20,585 nucleotides of DNA, taken from positions 1 to 20,585 of the forward strand of contig JAYENL010000285.1 of NCBI GenBank assembly GCA_034722055.1, in the 5' to 3' direction. Below the pieces are notes generated by a model that worked only from the letters and a program-made list of their open reading frames with translations, did no database searches and was not told the origin of the DNA. The first letter of the stretch is position 1. Each line of letters begins with the position of its first letter. Below are positions 7,542 to 16,215 of this stretch, piece after piece. A program made the translations under genes and the position numbers. Source of the DNA: Armatimonadota bacterium (GTDB lineage: Bacteria > Armatimonadota > Zipacnadia > Zipacnadales > UBA5352).

Positions 7542-9800
7542 CACATCCACTCATCAAGTGGCTGGCTCTCATGTGCCCGCACGATCAGCACGGAGGAGGA
7601 TTCCACGTCGCTGAGCTCATCGATGAACCCGCGCAGCCCCTCCGCCCCCGGAGCGCTCTCCAGCGCCACGATCAGCAGGTCGTAGAACTCCGCCTCGGAC
7701 TCCGCCTCCTCCAGGGAGTGGGAGGCGATGGTGCGAACGCTGGCCTTCACCAGGTCGCCGACCCGCTCCTCGAGGCGCTCCTCGGTGTCGGCGATGAGCT
7801 GCTCGCCGGCCCCGGCGCCCACGAGCGTGCCCACAGACAGGTCCGCCCCCCAGGCGTTGGCGAGCCGCGCCCCGGGCATCAGCCCCAGCCCGCCGTGCCG
7901 GCTCTCGTCGATGATCGCCAGGATGTCGTCAGCCGGAATGGGCGCCTGCTCGCGCAGCACGAGCAGATGTGCGCGCATGTAGCGCTCCAGCGCGCTCATC
8001 AGCTCTATGCGATTGACGTCCGAGTCCGCCGGCTCCGGCCAGCCCAGCAGCACCGCCGAGGCCCGTGAGGCCTGCTGGGCGCTGAGCAGGCCATAGAAGA
8101 CCGAGGCCGCCACCGGGACGTGCGACGCGATCTCCGCGCCGGAGCCGTCGATGGCGGCCGCGGCGGAGGCCAACGCCGCGCTGCGGGCCTCGATGGTATC
8201 GTAGTAGCCGGCCAGGACATCCTCGTCGATGCGCTCCGCCTCCTCGACGGAGAAGACGTTCACCGCCAGCACCCGCCCCCGCCTGGGGCCCATGAGGGCG
8301 GCGGCGATCTGCAGCCGGGCGCGCTCCCGTGAGGGGTCACCCACCGCGACCATGGTGGTGGGCCTCTCCTGGGGCGGCGCCCCCCACTCCTCCACGCGCT
8401 CCAGCGCCGGCTCCAGGACGCCGCGGCGCAGGAAGAACGGCCACGCCCCCTCCAGCTCCGTCCGATGCCTGCCGAACACGTAGTACTGCAGCACGGCCGC
8501 CGCGAACACAGCCAGTCCAATGAGGACCGCCAGCCGGCCCATGAATCCGAAGGCCACCACCCAGCACGTAATGGCGCCCACGATCGGAACCCACGGGAAC
8601 AGCGGCGCGCGGTAGATGGGGCGGTAGGCCGGCTGGCGGGCTCCCCGCAGGATGATGCAGGCGATGCTGATGAGGCCGTAGAGGATGAGGTGCAGGAAGC
8701 CGGAGACCTCCGCCAGCAGCTCCAGTCCGCCGGAGAGGATGAAGCCCAGGGTCAGCGCCCCGGTGACAATAATGGCCCGGTGCGGCACGCGGAACCGCGG
8801 ATGGACCTCATTCAGCCACTCCCAGACGAGCTGATCGCGGCCCATGGCGAAGCTGATGCGGGAGGCGGCCATGATGGAGGCGTTCGCCGAGGAGACCGTG
8901 GCCATGATTGCCCCCAGCATGATCATGCCGCGGCCGAAGCCGCCCATCAGGTCCTGCGAGACGTCGGCCAGCAGCGTCGGTCCGGTGAGCTGCTCATACG
9001 GGCGCAGCATCGCCAGGGCCAGTATGATGACGCAGTAGAGACAGGTAACGCCGATGACTGAGCCCAGCACCGCGCGCGGCACGTTGCGGCCCGGATCGCG
9101 GATCTCCTCGGCCACGGAGGCAATACCGGCGAAGCCGGAGTAGGTCACGAACAGCGTGGCCGTCCCGCCCGCAACAGCGCCCCAGCCGAAGGGAGCGAAG
9201 TCCGTGAACGGCAGGGCAGGCTGGAGGTCGTAGGCCCCGCGCCCCACGAAGATCGCCAGGATGCCCAGCAGCAGCAGCACGATGAAGTTCTGGGCCTGCC
9301 CCGCCGCGCGGGAGCCGGTGAGGTTGAGGATCACCAGCAGCACCGTCATGGCTCCGGCCATGGCCTTCACCGGCAAGCTGACAAGGGTAACCATGTACTC
9401 GCCGAAGCCGAAAATGTAAAACGCTGAGGCGAAGATGAGCCCGAACCACGAGCCCCAGCGCGCGGGAGATGAAGTAGTAGCCGCCACCGGACTTGGGCAT
9501 CCCGGTGGCGATCTCGGCCACGCTCATGGCGTTGGCCAGCGCAATAAGCCCGCCCCCGAGAAAGGCGATCACCGCGGCGGGGCCGGCCTGCCTGAAGATG
9601 AGCCCGGGGAGGACGAAGATGCCCGCGCCGATCATGGTCCCGGCGCCGATCGCCAGCGCCTCGATCAGGCCCAGGCCCTGAGCAAGCTCGACCTCCACGA
9701 CCTCGCCGGGCATGGCGCTGCCGTGGTCGCCCAACTGCTCCTCAATGGCCTCTATACCGTCCGCCACTGCGTCCACCACCACCTGGGGAGAGCTGACCAC
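7541..9800 (-). pseudogene. APC-family amino-acid permease fused to USP-like C-terminal domains, frameshifted at ~9452-9459
   Basis: The APC N-terminus (GLIEALAIGAGTMIGAGIFVLPG...EIATGMPKSGGGYYFISRALG) is in ORF 8994..9800. The remainder (WGSWFGLIFASAFY..., FVTYSGFAGIASVAEEIRDPGRNVPRA, SSANASIMAASRISFAMGRD, HPRFRVPHRAI) is in ORF 7541..9487, a different frame. The start could be 9800 (GTG) or 9713 (ATG). An assembly artefact is possible. Confidence 0.85.
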
Positions 9801-9815
9801 TATCCTGGCTACGTC

Positions 9816-9840
9816 TTCGCCACAGGTCCGGCCATGTCCT
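9816..9840 (-). promoter_or_regulatory. Putative sigma-H-like promoter AGG-N19-GAA
   Basis: Minus strand AGGacatggccggacctgtggcGAAga lies immediately upstream of the permease start. Confidence 0.4.
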
Positions 9841-10042
9841 CGCGGTCTGTGTGTCAGCGGATCGTGATCGCGGTGCTATCTCCAGCCGTTCCCGTTGTGG
9901 CCCCGGCGCCCTCGACGGGGGCAGGCCGCCAGGCCCACTGCTGTTGGCGAGAACTCCCAAACTGTCAGATTCTCATACGGAGCCATGCCTCGCGGCCCGT
10001 GTCAGCGGACCATGCTGGCGATGTCGTCACCATTGATGGAGG

Positions 10043-10070
10043 AGGATTCGGGGCCGCGCCGGGCGGAATA
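10043..10070 (+). promoter_or_regulatory. Putative sigma-H-like promoter AGGATT...GAATA (AGG-N20-GAA)
   Basis: ggAGGATTcggggccgcgccgggcgGAATAg lies about 65 nt upstream of ATG 10134 and resembles the Bacillus sigma-H AGGA/GAAT boxes. Confidence 0.45.
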
Positions 10071-10133
10071 GTCGTCTGCTGGACCGAGGGGACGAACGCA
10101 CACCAGTCGCGTCTGAGAAGGGGATCGAGAGCC

Positions 10134-11291
10134 ATGAGCCATGAGTTGGCACTCTTCGTAGCCGCGTGCGCCCTGCTGGGCGGGACGCGCGCCGCCCCTG
10201 ACGGGCGGGGCCCCATCGACATCACGGACTTCGCCGAACATGTCCTCAACCCCGGCACCGAGCAGGAGGACTGGCAGCCGGCCTTCCAGGAGGCCCTGAA
10301 GCTGGCTGAGGACGGCGTGCGGCCCATCTACGTGCCCGCTGGCACATATCCCATCCGGCAGGCTATCGTCATCCGCCCCCATCGCCGGCCCGAGGGCGGC
10401 TGGTACCAGGGCGTGCGCATCTTCGGCGACGGCATGCACCAGTCGATCATCCGCCAGCAGGTTGACAGCGAGAACTGTATCGACTGGACCGGCGAGACCT
10501 ACGAGAACGGCGCCTCGCACGGGCAGCTCGACCGCATCCAGCTCGCCGGCGGTGACATCACGCTCAACCTCAAGTGGCACAACCAGTTCAGGATGGACTG
10601 CTGCCGCGTGGGCGGTGCGAAGAGATACGGCATCTACACCGAGGGCTGGTCGAGCCGCTTCCTCAACTCACTGATCCGCTGGTGCGGCGAGGCGGGCCTG
10701 ATGGGCTACGCGCACTTCAACAACGCTGTCATCCGCGACTGCTACATCGGCCGCGACCGCATCGGAGTGCTGGTGCACGGCGGCCACGGCTCGCGCATCG
10801 AGGGCTGCGGCTTCGAGCACTGCCCCCGGGCGGCGGTGATGCTCCGCAACGTCAAGGGCTTCACCGTCAACAACTCCTACTTCGAGGCGAACGGCTCCAC
10901 CGACTCCAGGCACTTCCCCTGCGAGGGGCCCTGCAACACCCTGGAGGTGGACTTCAACTGCTGGGGGCTGTCGATCCACGACAACATCCTCCGCTACCAG
11001 CAGGATGACACCGGGGCGCTGATCTCCATCTCCGACGTCCGCGGGGGGCACGTTTACGACAACCTCTTCTGGGTCAACCACCCCACCAACAACGCCATCA
11101 TGCTCCGCGAGGGCACCGAGCACGGCCCCGATGACTGGCAGACCGAACACCGCGACCTGATCGTGGAGCACAACCAGGCGCGCAATATCCGCCACCTGCT
11201 GGTCGAGGAGCGTCCCGGGCTGGTGCAGGAGGCCATCGCCAACGGCTCGCGCTTCGACTGGGAGCTGGGCCAGTCCGCGCTGGAGGAGTAG
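10134..11291 (+). CDS. Secreted right-handed parallel beta-helix protein (pectate_lyase_3-like), 385 aa
   Basis: Signal-like N-terminus MSHELALFVAACALLGGTRA. IDITDF..EDWQPAFQEAL..IYVPAGTYPI..VRIFGDG is the pectate_lyase_3-type cap, followed by beta-helix coils (IRDCYI, IEGCGFE, VNNSYFE, IHDNIL). The upstream part of ORF 9435..11291 is judged non-coding. Confidence 0.85.
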   Translation: MSHELALFVAACALLGGTRAAPDGRGPIDITDFAEHVLNPGTEQEDWQPAFQEALKLAEDGVRPIYVPAGTYPIRQAIVIRPHRRPEGGWYQGVRIFGDGMHQSIIRQQVDSENCIDWTGETYENGASHGQLDRIQLAGGDITLNLKWHNQFRMDCCRVGGAKRYGIYTEGWSSRFLNSLIRWCGEAGLMGYAHFNNAVIRDCYIGRDRIGVLVHGGHGSRIEGCGFEHCPRAAVMLRNVKGFTVNNSYFEANGSTDSRHFPCEGPCNTLEVDFNCWGLSIHDNILRYQQDDTGALISISDVRGGHVYDNLFWVNHPTNNAIMLREGTEHGPDDWQTEHRDLIVEHNQARNIRHLLVEERPGLVQEAIANGSRFDWELGQSALEE

Positions 11292-11300
11292 GGGAGGGGA

Positions 11301-12281
11301 GTGATGCGCCGCAGGTGGCTCAAGCGCGTCCGCATCGCGCTGCTGATTCTCGCAGTCGCGGTCGCGGCCGACTACATCCTCTATCCGCGGCTGGCGCCGA
11401 TCGGCGGCCACGTCCCCGCAGAGGCCACCAATGGAGCGTGGCTGCGGCAGTGGTGGTACACCGGCGAGCGCCCGCCCTCGGAGGCGGCCGGACTCGCACG
11501 GCAGCTCAGCGATCGAGGGATTGTGTACCTCTACTTCCACGTCGGGAACGTGGGCGGCGACGGCCGGCTCGTCCGAGGGCGGCGTGAGAGCGGCGCGGCT
11601 CTGACGCGGGCGCTGCGGGAGGTGCCCCGAGTGCGTCCCATGGCATGGGTAGGCGCACCCAACGAGCTGTTCGGTGGTGATGTGAATATCTCCGACCCGC
11701 AGGTGCGAACCGCCATGGTCGAAGAGGCCCGATGGCTGGTCTCGGAGGCCGGCTTCCAGGGCGTGCAGTGGGACTGTGAGGTGGCGGTCAGCGCCGACGA
11801 TGCTTTCATGGCTCTGCTGCATGAGACCCGGGAGGCCCTCCCACCGGGGTCAATGATCTCCATCGCGACTCCCCTGTGGGTGCCCTGGCCGCTGGGCCGC
11901 TGGGGCTGGGAGGAGGAGGACTTCCGGCGCGCCGCATCGCCGTGCGATCAGATCTGCGTGATGTGCTACGACAGCGGGGTCTATCTGCCGCGCGCCTACG
12001 TGTGGCTTGCGCGGCAGCAGGTGGTCCGCGTGGCTCCGGCGGTCGCCGACGGCAACCAGTCATGCCACCTGCTCATCGGCGTCCCGACCTACGGCGATGA
12101 GGGCAGCCTCCGGTCGCACCATGCCTACGCTGAGAACCTGAGGCTCGCGCTCAAGGGTCTGCGCGACGGCTGCGCGGTCCTCCACTCCCGACGCCCTGAC
12201 CTCCCGCTCCCCGCCGCGGCCGTCTTCGCGAACTGGACCACCGAACCCGAGGAGTGGGCGACGTGGGAGGAGCTGTGGTGA
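11301..12281 (+). CDS. Membrane-anchored GH18-like TIM-barrel protein
   Basis: Purine-rich SD GGGGAGGGG precedes GTG/ATG (11301/11304). Basic then hydrophobic N-terminus; GFQGVQWDCE (GH18 DxxDxDxE-like), DQICVMCYD and LLIGVPTYG. Confidence 0.8.
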   Translation: MMRRRWLKRVRIALLILAVAVAADYILYPRLAPIGGHVPAEATNGAWLRQWWYTGERPPSEAAGLARQLSDRGIVYLYFHVGNVGGDGRLVRGRRESGAALTRALREVPRVRPMAWVGAPNELFGGDVNISDPQVRTAMVEEARWLVSEAGFQGVQWDCEVAVSADDAFMALLHETREALPPGSMISIATPLWVPWPLGRWGWEEEDFRRAASPCDQICVMCYDSGVYLPRAYVWLARQQVVRVAPAVADGNQSCHLLIGVPTYGDEGSLRSHHAYAENLRLALKGLRDGCAVLHSRRPDLPLPAAAVFANWTTEPEEWATWEELW

Positions 12282-12351
12282 ACGGGTCGCGCTGTATCTC
12301 CGCTCCCTGCTGAGAGGGACCTCTGTGTGCTGACGGCGGTTCGCCAGCCGC

Positions 12352-13407
12352 TCATAGCACGATCGTCCGCCACTCGCATCGGCAGGGCTGGCCGCAGTAG
12401 TGCACCTCGCGGGCGGTGACGTCGAAGACCACCGAGTACTGCGTGTCGCCGAAGCGCTCGCCGCCGTGCCGGCAGGGCGCGGAGACCGGGTGATCGTCCA
12501 CGCGCTGGTGGTCGGCGAGCATCCGCTCCATCTGCGCCACCGGGTCGCCGGGCGCGTCCAGGGCCTCCGCCGCCAGCTCCCGCAGGCGCAGCCAGCGGTT
12601 GCGCTCCGCCGCGGCGGCCTCCGGCGCCCGGTCGCCCAGGTCCTCCCCGCGCAGGTAGGCCCGATGGCCGGTCGCCACCGCGAACCGGCCCTCCGGCCGC
12701 ATCATCGCCACCGCCCCACCGCCCTGCTCCAGCCGCAGCATTTCGCCGCTGGGGCAGACCCACACGTTGTTGCTGCCCTTGCCGGCCACCAGGTGCTCGC
12801 CGGCTGCGGCGGCCACGTCCGAGGGCGTGACGCAGCGGTAGAAGTACCGCCAGCGCACGAGCGTCGTGGGGACGCCGTTGCCGCCGCGCAGGGGGTTGTC
12901 CGGCGGCCCCGATGCGCCGCCATGGGCCAGCCCATGCGCGTTCATCCCGAACATGCACTCCAGGATATGCGGCGGGCAGAAGCGCGCGTAGCCGCCCTCC
13001 GGGCCGCGGCCGATCTCCAGCACGTTCTCGCCATGCGGGATCGGCCCTGTGTCCAGGTTCTGGCCCACGATGATGCGCTCGTCCTTCTGCAGAATCACGC
13101 CCGAGCAGCCCTCCGGCGGCCGCGACTTGCTGATGGCCACCGCCACGCGATGGTCGAGAAGCCGCTGCATCTCCACGCCCGCCGCCTCGCAGCAGGCCTC
13201 CTCCAGCTCCAGCGGCGGCCGCATGGCGTGGAAGTGCGCCAGCATCCGGTCGGCGATCGCGCGGCGGCGCTCGTCGCAGATGACGCGCTCCACGAGGTCG
13301 CCCCCCAGCATGCGCTGCAGCGGCTCCCGTACGGCCTCCCCGAACTGCCGCGCCCGCTCGAGCGCGGTGCCCTGCGTCTCAACCACGAGAAGGTCGGAGG
13401 TGTTCAT
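12352..13407 (-). CDS. Peptidase C45 / acyl-CoA:6-APA acyltransferase-like Ntn-hydrolase, 351 aa (divergent)
   Basis: AGGAG lies upstream of ATG 13407. GTALERARQFGE, autocleavage site EG|CSG, IVGQNLD, GMNAHGL and C-terminal TQYSVVFD...GQPC. Confidence 0.8.
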   Translation of the reverse strand: MNTSDLLVVETQGTALERARQFGEAVREPLQRMLGGDLVERVICDERRRAIADRMLAHFHAMRPPLELEEACCEAAGVEMQRLLDHRVAVAISKSRPPEGCSGVILQKDERIIVGQNLDTGPIPHGENVLEIGRGPEGGYARFCPPHILECMFGMNAHGLAHGGASGPPDNPLRGGNGVPTTLVRWRYFYRCVTPSDVAAAAGEHLVAGKGSNNVWVCPSGEMLRLEQGGGAVAMMRPEGRFAVATGHRAYLRGEDLGDRAPEAAAAERNRWLRLRELAAEALDAPGDPVAQMERMLADHQRVDDHPVSAPCRHGGERFGDTQYSVVFDVTAREVHYCGQPCRCEWRTIVL

Positions 13408-13544
13408 GTCGTCATTCGCTCCTGATCTGTTCTTCGGGAGGCCGCCGTTGCGCCCGGAGACACTTGCGCGCCTCTGTCCGCGGCCACAGCCCCGCCGGGA
13501 GGTCAATTGTGGTTCGAGCGGGCCCTCGACTGCGGGGCAACGAG

Positions 13545-13600
13545 TGCGGGCCTTCCGGCCCGCATCGGGCGTAGGCACGCCCGACCTCCGTACGGCACGA
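13545..13600 (-). repeat. Two adjacent hairpins including REP-like GGAG-tagged copy C
   Basis: Minus strand TCGTGCCGTAC-GGAG-GTCGGGCGT-gcct-ACGCCCGA is followed directly by TGCGGGCC-GGAA-GGCCCGCA (perfect 8-bp stem, GNRA loop). Confidence 0.7.
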
Positions 13601-13667
13601 CGGCGCATGCCGGGGGTGGCGGCCGGCCCTCGACAGACAACCTGAGGACGCACCCGGCGCTCATGTC

Positions 13668-14723
13668 CTACTGCCACCCCTCCTCGTAGGCGGTCTCATA
13701 CAGGGCGAGGACGTTCTCGGGTGGGGTGATGGGCTGGATGTTGTGACAGGGGCCGAGGATGTAGCCGCCGCCCGCGCCCAGAATCCGGAAGTTATCCCGT
13801 ACCTCCTGCCGCACGTCCTCCGTGGTGCCGAAGGGAATCGTCTGCTGGTTGTCCATCGCCCCGTGGAAGCAGATCCGGTCGCCGAAGTCGCGCTTGAGGC
13901 CCTCGCGATCCATGCCCTTGCACCGCCACTGTATCGGGTCCAGCACGTCGATGCCCGCCTCGATCATCTGCGGCACGTTGTCGCGCACCGCGCCGTCGGA
14001 GTGGTGGAAGACGAAGCTGCCGGCGTCGTGGCAGATGTCGATCATGCGCTTCATGTGTGGGAGGTGGAACTCGCGGATGTGCTCCAGAGACAGCAGCAGG
14101 CTCTCCTGGGTGCCGAAGTCCTCCGCCACCCAGCTCCACACCACCCGCCCGGCGGCCTGGTCGAAGATGCGCTCGAAGCGCGCGTAGGCCAGGTCCGCCA
14201 GCTTCTGCATGCAGTGCTGCAGGATGTCCGGGTGCTCGATGTGATCCAGGTAGCCCTGGGCGACGCCGCGCAGGTCCTTGTAGGTGGCGAACTCCTCGTA
14301 GTGCCCGCCCTGGATGACCCACTCCTCGTGCCCCTCGAGCTGCTCGGGGATGTGATCGTACTCCCACCAGTCCGGCGACGGCCAGGTGTAGTTGGCCTCG
14401 ATCTCCTCGATGGAGTCGTACTCCGCCAGCGGGAAGTGGACGGCCTCGCGGTAGACGCCCGTGCCGTAGTCCACGTTCTCCCAGCCAACGCCGAAGACGT
14501 TCCGATCGGGCGGATACTCGGGGCCGACATAGCGCCCTCCCACGCTCATGACCGGGTCGATGTGCAGCCGCTCGCGCACCTCGGCCATGTTCCTGGCGCC
14601 CATGTACTCCACGAGCATCTCATTGACCTCGGGCGTGGCGCGGTAGTCCAGCGGGAAGCGATCGAAGGGCTCGCGGTTCAGCACTGCCAGCCATCGCTCG
14701 CGTGGGGTCATCTCGTCCTGCAT
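13668..14723 (-). CDS. Uroporphyrinogen decarboxylase / MtaA-CmuA methyltransferase-like family protein, 351 aa
   Basis: SD GAGGTGA precedes ATG 14723. MTPRERWLAVLNREPFDRFP, AEDFGTQESLLLS, FHHSDG, GIDVLDPIQ, LKRDFGDRICFHGAMDNQ, GGGYILGPCHNIQPITPPENV. This is the URO-D-like family, probably not true HemE. Confidence 0.9.
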   Translation of the reverse strand: MQDEMTPRERWLAVLNREPFDRFPLDYRATPEVNEMLVEYMGARNMAEVRERLHIDPVMSVGGRYVGPEYPPDRNVFGVGWENVDYGTGVYREAVHFPLAEYDSIEEIEANYTWPSPDWWEYDHIPEQLEGHEEWVIQGGHYEEFATYKDLRGVAQGYLDHIEHPDILQHCMQKLADLAYARFERIFDQAAGRVVWSWVAEDFGTQESLLLSLEHIREFHLPHMKRMIDICHDAGSFVFHHSDGAVRDNVPQMIEAGIDVLDPIQWRCKGMDREGLKRDFGDRICFHGAMDNQQTIPFGTTEDVRQEVRDNFRILGAGGGYILGPCHNIQPITPPENVLALYETAYEEGWQ

Positions 14724-14811
14724 TCGCGTCACCTCGATTGTGGGGCTGTCCAGGGGGCCGGCTCCCTTTTGCGCACAAACCGGGACGGCCGCCGGCATGT
14801 CGTTCGTCGTC

Positions 14812-14863
14812 GGAGGGGCCATCCTGAGGCTCCAGGGTCGTGTGCTGGAGCCGAAGCCGGCCC
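14812..14863 (+). repeat. GGAG-tagged tandem-GA hairpin (copy D)
   Basis: GGAG-GGGCC-atc-CTGAG-GCTCCAG-ggtcgtgtg-CTGGAGC-CGAAG-cc-GGCCC. Nearly identical to 16331-16382. Confidence 0.85.
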
Positions 14864-14914
14864 GTCCGTTCCGCCGTTCAGGGCAGGTATGCCGACCCTT
14901 TCTCGTCACGCCGC

Positions 14915-14961
14915 GGGCCGACTTCGTGCGCTCCTGCGAAGCGCCCTCAGGCGGCCCCTCC
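14915..14961 (-). repeat. GGAG-tagged tandem-GA hairpin (copy E), inverted partner of D
   Basis: Minus strand GGAG-GGGCCGC-CTGAG-GGCGCTTC-gca-GGAGCGCA-CGAAG-TCGGCCC. Confidence 0.8.
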
Positions 14962-15071
14962 TCCTGCAAGCGATTCGCGCCTCACGCGGCCCCTGTGCCA
15001 TGCTTAGGGCAACCTCGCGGGCGGCATGCAGGATGCCTGCCCCTCGCACCGGACGGAAGACATGTGCCCCG

Positions 15072-16166
15072 TTACAGGTCGTAGCGCAGGAACCGGTGCT
15101 CGCATGGCGAGCCGTAGGCCGCCCACATCTGCCGCTGGCGCAGGTCGCCCACAAACGACAGCAGCGTGATCGAGGGCTTCTCCCCGCCCGTGTGCACACA
15201 CACGCCCGTGGACTGACGGGGGAAGTGGGAGCGCTGCGCCCTGTAGATGTCGGCCCGCTCCAGCGGCTGCTCGCGTCGGCTGAGGACCTCCCAGGCCCGG
15301 TAGGCCCGCGGGTCCCTCTCCTCCCGCTGGTCCATGGGAATGCCGTTGAACTCCTCGGCATGGTAGGAGTTCGCGTGGGTGATGAAGCTGTTGTCGGGCC
15401 GGAGCACTGCCATGTGCTCCGGCATCGTCTCGACGCAGCAGATGTCGCCGCCGGTGTCGCCCAGCGTGTAGTTCAGGCACGCCATGCGGCGCGTGCGCCT
15501 CAGCATCGCCAGGGCATCCTCGGTGCTCCCCTGCGCCAGCAGCATACGCGCCAGGAAGCTGTAGGGGACGCCCGCACCGGCCCACTGTGCCCCGCCCGCG
15601 GGATACTCGGGCGTGGCGCGGTAGGAGAGGAAGTTCGCGGCGATGGCAATATGCTCCGCGAGGCCCGGACGGCCCACGCTGCCGGCCATTGCGAAGGAGA
15701 GGAAGTCCGGACCGTCGTTCGGCCGACCGTGCACCAGCACCATGAACGGCTGCCACTTGATCCGCCAGTCCATGTTCCAGGCCACCAGGCTGGCCCCGTC
15801 GGTCTTGGCGGCCATGCTGGTGCAGCCATCGGATACAGTCGCACTGGCTTGGTTGCGCATGCAGCCCTGCCAGGAGTTCATCTCCTGCGAGCAACTGAGG
15901 CGGAACACCTCCTCGAACCCCAGGCCGGCCCCGTCGGCGATGCCCTCGACCTCGTCAATCAGCTCCGGAGCTTCACGCTGAACGTGCGGCAGGGCCTCCA
16001 TCGCCACCTGCCGGCCCTCCTCGAGGTACTCCGGATCGAGCAGCATCCGGTCGAACCGGCCGGAGAGGTCATGGATACGCTCCCGACACTGCTCCCCATA
16101 CTGCCGGCCCATCTGATATCGCGAACCCGACATCTCGACGACCTCGAAACGTACTGCCTTGCGCAT
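15072..16166 (-). CDS. Peptidase C45 / acyl-CoA:6-APA acyltransferase-like Ntn-hydrolase, 364 aa
   Basis: SD AGGAGG lies 8 nt before ATG 16166. GSRYQMGRQYGE, PELIDEVEGIADGAG, DG|CTS nucleophile site, LVAWNMDW, GVPYSFLARMLL, THANSY and YGSPC. Confidence 0.9.
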   Translation of the reverse strand: MRKAVRFEVVEMSGSRYQMGRQYGEQCRERIHDLSGRFDRMLLDPEYLEEGRQVAMEALPHVQREAPELIDEVEGIADGAGLGFEEVFRLSCSQEMNSWQGCMRNQASATVSDGCTSMAAKTDGASLVAWNMDWRIKWQPFMVLVHGRPNDGPDFLSFAMAGSVGRPGLAEHIAIAANFLSYRATPEYPAGGAQWAGAGVPYSFLARMLLAQGSTEDALAMLRRTRRMACLNYTLGDTGGDICCVETMPEHMAVLRPDNSFITHANSYHAEEFNGIPMDQREERDPRAYRAWEVLSRREQPLERADIYRAQRSHFPRQSTGVCVHTGGEKPSITLLSFVGDLRQRQMWAAYGSPCEHRFLRYDL

Positions 16167-16215
16167 GTGGCATGCCTCCTGTCGCGACGGGAATGAAAGC
16201 AGCGGCAGTAACGAC

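Noticed and set aside
9440..9490. Programmed ribosomal frameshift in the permease
   Set aside because: There is no slippery heptamer, and conserved residues appear to be missing at the junction, which recoding could not restore.
9435..10133. 233-aa N-terminal extension of the beta-helix ORF
   Set aside because: It overlaps the permease on the opposite strand and a promoter region. The signal-like N-terminus begins at ATG 10134.
13404..13415. Mini-ORF ATG ACG ACA TGA (minus strand) overlapping the C45 start
   Set aside because: The AGGAG is only 3 nt from this ATG but 11 nt from the C45 ATG, so it is most simply chance.
13668..14723. Assigning hemE to either URO-D-like gene
   Set aside because: Both lack the HemE N-terminal W-x-M-R-Q-A-G-R signature, and there are no tetrapyrrole genes nearby.
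14812..14863. Tandem-GA hairpins as hammerhead ribozymes, glycine riboswitches or kink-turns
   Set aside because: They lack the CUGANGA/GAAA core and third stem of a hammerhead. CGAAG and CTCAGG lie on opposite strands, unlike a glycine aptamer. The GA pairs are flanked by paired bases rather than a 3-nt bulge.
15018..15045. Imperfect hairpin GGGCGGCATGCAGGATGCCTGCCC, and other GC hairpins (542-565, 18888-18912), as intrinsic terminators
   Set aside because: None has a U-tract. They may be degenerate REP-like copies but are too weak to call.
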